From Pelagibacterales bacterium SAG-MED01 (GTDB lineage: Bacteria > Pseudomonadota > Alphaproteobacteria > Pelagibacterales > Pelagibacteraceae), in assembly GCA_014654455.1 (NCBI GenBank), contig JACWCY010000003.1, positions 27,279-91,278 of the forward strand: a stretch of 64,000 nt of DNA, given 5' to 3'. The position numbers and the translations under genes are program-made. The first letter of the stretch is position 1; the number at the start of each line of letters is the position of its first letter. The notes under the pieces were generated by a model. That model was not told where the DNA came from. It saw only the letters and a program-made list of their open reading frames with translations, and did not search any database. Below, piece by piece: positions 58,116-64,000 of the stretch.

Positions 58116-60452
58116 ATGAACGGATTTATTAAAAATACTTTAATTATAACCTCAAGTTTTTTATTATTATTATCAATTATAGTATTTGCTGTTTTGTGGA
58201 GCTTTTCTAACAATATTCCAGATTATAAGTTTTTAAAAAGTTATAAACCGCCTGTTTCAAGCAAAGTTTATTCTGGTAAAGGCGATTTGGTAGCTGATTT
58301 TTCATCTGAAAAAAGAATATTTGTACCTTTTAGCTCAATACCTAAAAACGTTATTAATTCTTTTTTATCAGCAGAGGATAAGAATTTCTTTTCACACCCT
58401 GGGGTTGATGCGAAAGGAGTTCTAAGAGCAGTGATAAACAACACTAAAAATTTAATGACCTCAAAAAGACTTGAGGGAGCTTCAACTATTACACAACAGG
58501 TGGCTAAAAATTTTCTATTAACAAATGAAGTAAGTCTTAATCGAAAAATTAAAGAAGCGATTCTAGCTTTTAGAATTGAGAGAGCGCTATCTAAAGAAAG
58601 AATACTTGAATTATACTTAAATCAAATTTATCTAGGTAGCGGATCTTACGGTGTAGCTGCAGCAAGTTTAGAGTATTTTGATAAATCTATAAAAGAATTA
58701 AACTACTCAGAGGCTGCACTTTTAGCCGCTTTGCCAAAAGCACCAAGCAAATATAATCCTTATAAAAATATTAAATTAGCAAAATTTAGGAGAGATTTAG
58801 TTTTACAAAATTTATATGAAAATGATTTTTTAGATTTTGATAAATACCAAAATCTTAAAAAACAAGATATAAATTTGAAAAAAACTAAAAAAGTTTTTTT
58901 AGAAGATGCTCAATATTATATTGAAGATGTTAGAAAAAATATTATAGAAAAACTAACCTACGAAAAAGTTTATAAGCAAGGTTTCAATGTTAATACTCCA
59001 ATAAATTTAGAATTACAAAAATTTGCAACCGAGTCATTAAGAAATGGTTTGATTAAATATGACAAAAGAAAAGGGTGGAGAGGACCAATAATAAATAAAA
59101 AATATAACAATTTATGGTCAAAAAATTTAGAAAAATATGAGTTAGAAAAATCTATTGGATGGGAGATTGCAATTGTAAAAAAATTAAATCAATTTTCTGC
59201 AATTATTGAAACAAAAGATAAGTTTGAGGGTATTATCGAGTATCAAAATATTTCATGGACAAAAAAAGAATTTGAAGAGTTATTAAATTTAGGTGACATT
59301 ATTTATGTAAAGAAAATTGATAATTCCAAGTATAGTTTAATGCAGGTTCCTATAATTAATGGAGGCATAGTTGTGATGGATCCTTACACTGGAAGAGTTT
59401 TGGCTTTGAGTGGGGGTTTTAGTTTTAAAAGTAGTGAGTTTAATAGAGCAACCCAAGCTTCAAGACAACCAGGGTCAGCTTTTAAACCTTTTGTTTATGC
59501 ACTAGCTTTAGAAAATAATTATACTCCAACTTCTTTAGTTTTAGACGCGCCATTAGTACTAGATCAAGGTTCAGATTTAAAATTATGGAAACCAGAAAAT
59601 TATGGAAAAAAATTTTATGGTCCATCTACATTAAGAGTTGGACTTGAAAAATCAAGAAACCTTATGACAGTTAGGATTGCACAAAATCTAGGTATCAAAA
59701 CGCTAGCTGATTTTTCAGAACAACTTGGTATTTACGAAAACCCTGAAGAATTACTATCAATTTCTCTTGGCTCCGCAGAAACCACTTTATTAAAATTAAC
59801 TTCTGCATATTCTGCTTTTGTCAATGGTGGCAAACTAGTTAAGCCTATAATAATTGATAGAATTCAAGATAGTGAAGGAAATACTGTAATTAATAATGAA
59901 AATAGAAAATGTATCAACTGTGACCAAATTTCATTTACTAGTAAAGATTATCCACAAATAAAAGATAATTATAAGCAAATATTTTCTCCTCAAACTGCTT
60001 ATCAAGTCACTTCATTATTAGAGGGAGTAGTAAAGAGAGGAACAGGAAAAAAATTAAAAAAACTAAAATTAAATTTAGCGGGAAAAACTGGTACAACGAA
60101 TGAAAACACAGATGCATGGTTTATTGGCTTTACATCTAATTTAGTAATAGGGGTTTACGTTGGTATGGATAACCCTAAATCATTAGGTAAATATGAAACT
60201 GGATCAAAGACTGCTTTGCCAATCTTTGAAAGTTTTGTAAAAAAAGCCATAAAAAAATCTGATGCAAGACCATTTAAAGTTGCTAATGGAATAACCATGA
60301 TGATTGTTGATTCTTTAACAGGTCAAAAAGCTAAATTTTCTTCAAAGAACACAATAATGGAAGGATATAAAAGTAAAAATGTTGTAGGAGGAAAGGTATT
60401 ATATTCAAATAGTAATAGATTAGACTCAAATAATATATTAAAGTTTTATTAA
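58116..60452 (+). CDS. mrcA: Penicillin-binding protein 1A (class A PBP)
   Basis: AEDKNF, GASTITQQVAK, RQPGSAFK (SxxK), SRN, GKTGT. Start set at ATG 58116. Confidence 0.93.
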   Translation: MNGFIKNTLIITSSFLLLLSIIVFAVLWSFSNNIPDYKFLKSYKPPVSSKVYSGKGDLVADFSSEKRIFVPFSSIPKNVINSFLSAEDKNFFSHPGVDAKGVLRAVINNTKNLMTSKRLEGASTITQQVAKNFLLTNEVSLNRKIKEAILAFRIERALSKERILELYLNQIYLGSGSYGVAAASLEYFDKSIKELNYSEAALLAALPKAPSKYNPYKNIKLAKFRRDLVLQNLYENDFLDFDKYQNLKKQDINLKKTKKVFLEDAQYYIEDVRKNIIEKLTYEKVYKQGFNVNTPINLELQKFATESLRNGLIKYDKRKGWRGPIINKKYNNLWSKNLEKYELEKSIGWEIAIVKKLNQFSAIIETKDKFEGIIEYQNISWTKKEFEELLNLGDIIYVKKIDNSKYSLMQVPIINGGIVVMDPYTGRVLALSGGFSFKSSEFNRATQASRQPGSAFKPFVYALALENNYTPTSLVLDAPLVLDQGSDLKLWKPENYGKKFYGPSTLRVGLEKSRNLMTVRIAQNLGIKTLADFSEQLGIYENPEELLSISLGSAETTLLKLTSAYSAFVNGGKLVKPIIIDRIQDSEGNTVINNENRKCINCDQISFTSKDYPQIKDNYKQIFSPQTAYQVTSLLEGVVKRGTGKKLKKLKLNLAGKTGTTNENTDAWFIGFTSNLVIGVYVGMDNPKSLGKYETGSKTALPIFESFVKKAIKKSDARPFKVANGITMMIVDSLTGQKAKFSSKNTIMEGYKSKNVVGGKVLYSNSNRLDSNNILKFY

Positions 60453-61547
60453 TGGACGACAAATTTTTAAATTTAAAGAATGAAATAGAAAAAATTAATA
60501 ATAGAGTTAAGGAGTATCTTTGAAAAAAATGATATTTATTCAAAATTAGAGAAACATAATAAAAAAATGCTTGATGCTAATTTTTGGCAAAATAAAGCAA
60601 ATTCTAAAAATATACTAAAAGAAAAAAATTTATTTGAAGATTTAACAAGTTCTTTTCAAAAGTCAGATGAAAAACTTAGAGATTTACATGATTTGTATCA
60701 ATTAGCTTCAGAAGAAAATAACCATGCAATTCAAAATGAAGCATTAGAAAGTATTAAATCCTTAAGGGGCCTAGTTAAAAAAAATGAAATTAAGTGTTTT
60801 TTGTCAAATGAAGCAGACTCACTTGATTGTTATATTGAGATCCACGCAGGTGCTGGAGGTACAGAAAGTCAAGATTGGGCAGATATGCTTAGACGAATGT
60901 ACATGAAGTGGTCTGATTATAAAAAATTTAAATCTAGTCTGATTAGTGAACACAAAGGTGATGAAGCTGGTATAAAATCCTCAACAATTAAAATCGAAGG
61001 TGACTATGTATTTGGATGGCTAAAAAAAGAATCTGGCATTCATCGTTTGGTAAGAATTTCACCATTTGACTCAGGTGCAAGAAGACACACCAGTTTTGCA
61101 AGTATTTGGGTTTATCCTGTAGTTGATGAAAGTATTAATATAGAAATAATTGATAAAGATTTAAGAATTGACACTTATCGATCAAGTGGTGCAGGTGGTC
61201 AACATGTTAACACTACAGATAGTGCTGTTAGAATTACACACTTACCTTCAAAAATTGTTGTGCAATGCCAAAATGAAAGATCTCAACATAAAAATAAAGA
61301 AACATGCATGAATATGCTAAAGGCTAGACTTTATGATTTTGAAATTAAAAAAAAAGAAAAAGAAACACAAAATACAGATGCAGTTAAATCAGAAATTGGC
61401 TGGGGGCATCAGATAAGATCATACGTTTTACAACCATATAGATTAGTAAAAGATAATAGAACTAATTTTGAAAGTTCAAGTCCAGACAAAGTTCTTGATG
61501 GTGAAATTGATGACTTTTTAGAACAATCCCTGTATCAAATTAAATGA
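60452..61547 (+). CDS. prfB: Peptide chain release factor 2, expressed via a +1 programmed frameshift
   Basis: ORF0 MDDKFLNLKNEIEKINNRVKEYL* (60452-60523). The +1 frame from GAA 60522 is open into the ORF-track protein, which carries SPF and GGQ. Confidence 0.95.
60509..60524 (+). promoter_or_regulatory. prfB frameshift cassette: internal SD AAGGAG, 3 nt, then CTT TGA A
   Basis: AAGGAG-TAT-CTT-TGA-A read directly from the sequence. Confidence 0.93.
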
Positions 61548-63733
61548 AAAAAATAATTTTAAGATTTATATTTTTAATTACATCTATCTTAATATTAATT
61601 GTTGGATACTTGACTTTTATTGGGGTCGAGACAAAAAAATTTAATAATCAAATATCAAGTAAAATAAAAAATATAAATGAAAATTTAGAGATTGAGTTAA
61701 ATGATGTAAAAATAATATTAGATCCACTAAAACTTAGAATTAATGTAAAAACTGTAGGTCCAATATTAAAAAATAAGGATAAATTTATTGAATTAGAAAG
61801 TATTAAAACTCAAATTTCAATAAATTCATTTATAAATGATGAATTCTTATTAACAAACTTGATTATTTCTACGAAGTCTTTGGAAATAAAAAACTTAATT
61901 TCATTTGTAAGATCTTTAAAAAAAAGCACAGAACTTTATATTTTTGAGAGATTTTTAAAGAAAGGATATTTAATTGCTGATATTAAACTTGAATTTAATT
62001 CTAATGGAAAAATTAAAGATAATTTTGTCATAAAAGGCATAGTAAAAGATACTCAAGTCGATTTATTTAAAAAATATAACTTTAAAAAATTAAGTCTTAT
62101 ATTTAATGTAGAAAAACAAAGTTATAAATTTAAAGATATCAAATTATCTTTTAATGACATTCCACTTACTTCAAATAATTTATTTATCAAAGGTGTTAAT
62201 GATTATTTTTATGTGAAAGGTGAAATCAAAAATAAAGATATAAAACTAGATAAAGACAAAATTGAATTATTTACCAAGTTTTTTGTTGATCAAATTAATA
62301 TCAAAGATTTAAATTTTAACTCAGATAATAATTTTTCTTTTAACATTGATAAAAAATTTAAAATTAAAGATTTCCAAATTTCATCAGAAATCAGACTAAA
62401 TGATTTTTTACTTTTAAATAACTTAGAATTAGAAAAAATATTTCCAAAAGCTAAACAAGAAATTAGTTTTTCTGATCATTTATTAAAAGTTAATTATACT
62501 AAAAAATTACTTAATATAGAAGGAATTGGTAAAGTTTTATTACAAGATGAACATGATGTAATTAGTTATTCAATAAATAAAAATGGTGAATCATATAAGT
62601 TTCAAACATCTTTAGAAGTTAGTAACAATCCATTTATAGTTGACTTGCTAAATTTTGAAAAAGACAAAAATTCTAAAATGATAATTAAAATTAATGGTGA
62701 ACATTTTTTGAGAAAGAAAACAAAATTAAATAAAATTTATTTGACCGAAAAAGAAAATGAAATAAAATTAAATAATTTAGTACTAAATAAAACTTTTAAG
62801 GTCGAAAGCTTAAAAAGTATTAATTTTGATTATTTTGATAAAAATAACAAAAAAAATAAATTTAGCATAACAAAAAAAAAGAGTGATTACTTTGTTAATG
62901 GATCCTCTTTTAATGCTGATAATCTTATAGAAAATATAGTAAGTGATAACGAAAACAAATCAAATATTTTCAATAAAAACTTTAATGTTTTTTTTAAAAT
63001 TGATCATATTTATCTTGATGATGAACATGAGGTTAAAAATTTAAACGGTAATTTATATTTAAAAGACAATGAAATTTTAAATGCTAATTTAAAAGCATTA
63101 TTTTCAAAAAATCAAAGATTGAATTTTACAATTAATTCAGATCAAGAGGGTAAAATAACAACTCTTTTTTTAAGCAAGGCAGAACCAATTATAAAAAAGT
63201 ATAAATTTATAAAAGGATATGAGGGTGGTTCTTTAGATTTTTACTCTTCAAAAAAAGGAAATAAATCTATTTCAACTTTAAAGATATATGATTTTAAACT
63301 CAAAGAATTGCCTGCTTTAACAAAATTGCTAACATTGGCTTCCTTACAAGGAATTGCAGATATTTTATCAGGTGAAGGTATTAGATTTGACGAATTTGAA
63401 ATGAATTTTGAAAATGAAGGGAGTTTAATGACGATAAAAGAAATTTATGCCATTGGACCAGCTATTTCAATTTTAATGGATGGTTATGTTGAAAAAAATA
63501 AAACTGTAAGTCTTAGAGGAACTTTGGTGCCAGCAACAACAATAAATAAAGCTATAGGATCCATTCCTGTGCTTGGTAAGATACTTGTGGGATCTAAGTC
63601 TGGCGAAGGTGTTTTTGGGGTAAGTTTTAAAATTAAAGGACCACCGAAAGATCTTCAAACTACTGTTAATCCAATCAAAACTTTGACACCTAGGTTTATT
63701 ACTAGAACTTTAGAAAAAATTAAGAAAAATTAA
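61544..63733 (+). CDS. AsmA-like/YhdP (DUF3971-type) envelope protein
   Basis: N-terminal TM anchor; C-terminal GI.FD, A.GPAISI..DG, LRGTLVPA..IN..IG.IP.LG, GEGVFG. Confidence 0.65.
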   Translation: MKKIILRFIFLITSILILIVGYLTFIGVETKKFNNQISSKIKNINENLEIELNDVKIILDPLKLRINVKTVGPILKNKDKFIELESIKTQISINSFINDEFLLTNLIISTKSLEIKNLISFVRSLKKSTELYIFERFLKKGYLIADIKLEFNSNGKIKDNFVIKGIVKDTQVDLFKKYNFKKLSLIFNVEKQSYKFKDIKLSFNDIPLTSNNLFIKGVNDYFYVKGEIKNKDIKLDKDKIELFTKFFVDQINIKDLNFNSDNNFSFNIDKKFKIKDFQISSEIRLNDFLLLNNLELEKIFPKAKQEISFSDHLLKVNYTKKLLNIEGIGKVLLQDEHDVISYSINKNGESYKFQTSLEVSNNPFIVDLLNFEKDKNSKMIIKINGEHFLRKKTKLNKIYLTEKENEIKLNNLVLNKTFKVESLKSINFDYFDKNNKKNKFSITKKKSDYFVNGSSFNADNLIENIVSDNENKSNIFNKNFNVFFKIDHIYLDDEHEVKNLNGNLYLKDNEILNANLKALFSKNQRLNFTINSDQEGKITTLFLSKAEPIIKKYKFIKGYEGGSLDFYSSKKGNKSISTLKIYDFKLKELPALTKLLTLASLQGIADILSGEGIRFDEFEMNFENEGSLMTIKEIYAIGPAISILMDGYVEKNKTVSLRGTLVPATTINKAIGSIPVLGKILVGSKSGEGVFGVSFKIKGPPKDLQTTVNPIKTLTPRFITRTLEKIKKN

Positions 63734-64000
63734 TCAATTTCAATTTTAATATGTCTTTTTTTTCCAATAGAAAGTTTAAGATAGTTTTTTTCAAACAGTT
63801 TATCTTGAATAATTAACTTCTCATTTAATATTACTTTATCATTTATTTTAACAGCTCTTCCTTTAATCAATCTTCTTATTTCACTCTTTGAATTTTCTAA
63901 TTTAGATAAAATCACAAGATCAATAATATTTATTTTTTCATTGAGTCTTTTTGATTTAACTTTGATAGAAGGCAAATTTGATCCAAGCAATTTTCCTGAA
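63730..64000 (-). CDS. tyrS: Tyrosine-tRNA ligase, C-terminal S4 domain (continues beyond the window)
   Basis: SKSEIRRLIKGRAVKIND and LSIGKKRH. Confidence 0.85.
   Translation of the reverse strand, partial: SGKLLGSNLPSIKVKSKRLNEKINIIDLVILSKLENSKSEIRRLIKGRAVKINDKVILNEKLIIQDKLFEKNYLKLSIGKKRHIKIEID

Noticed and set aside
1036-63658. The many short ORF-track entries overlapping real genes, mostly antisense (e.g. 1036-1437, 17940-18500, 23872-24237, 29733-31232, 46907-47833)
   Set aside because: Shadow ORFs of well-supported genes, with no recognisable motifs.
1-64000. CRISPR arrays, IS elements, prophage, tRNA or rRNA genes
   Set aside because: None recognised. Almost all sequence is assigned to protein genes, and no unexplained gap exceeds about 175 bp.

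Overview
Core-genome segment of a very AT-rich, streamlined marine alphaproteobacterium, most likely a SAR11/Pelagibacter-type genome. That assignment is inferred from composition, tiny intergenic gaps and gene content. About 64 CDS fill nearly the whole window; I found no rRNA, tRNA, CRISPR array, transposase or integrase. The left third (1-21.7 kb) is a metabolic/accessory block: the tail of a cfa-DUF3833-SDR lipid cluster, TspO, an orphan FAD oxidoreductase, and a cytoplasmic NAD-linked formate dehydrogenase operon (IscU-like, HPP, fdhD, NuoE-NuoF-fused beta, alpha, selO) with divergent mobA-moeA. It continues with a DMT-creatinase-glycine amidinotransferase operon, a PhyH/MOSC pair, an EhuBCDA-type ABC transporter and an orphan heptad-repeat coiled-coil protein. 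The rest is a compacted conserved alphaproteobacterial housekeeping block: gshAB, purF, dnaB, rpsF-rpsR-rplI, fab, lptFGD-surA-pdxA-rsmA, pepA, ndk, purMN, hdaA, aspS, accBC, aroQ, thiSG, rne, PBP1A, frameshifted prfB and the end of tyrS. The best candidate for an undescribed system is the creatinase plus AGAT-like amidinotransferase operon, next to an Ehu-like transporter whose binding pocket looks altered and to the C1-oxidation genes. Other notable items are a stand-alone C-terminal (TSCPD) remnant of class II ribonucleotide reductase, an RNase E lacking its Zn-link, an apparent Fe-S ligand swap in the FDH beta subunit, and several ultrashort head-to-head leaderless promoters. All family assignments come from motif recognition by eye; no searches were run.
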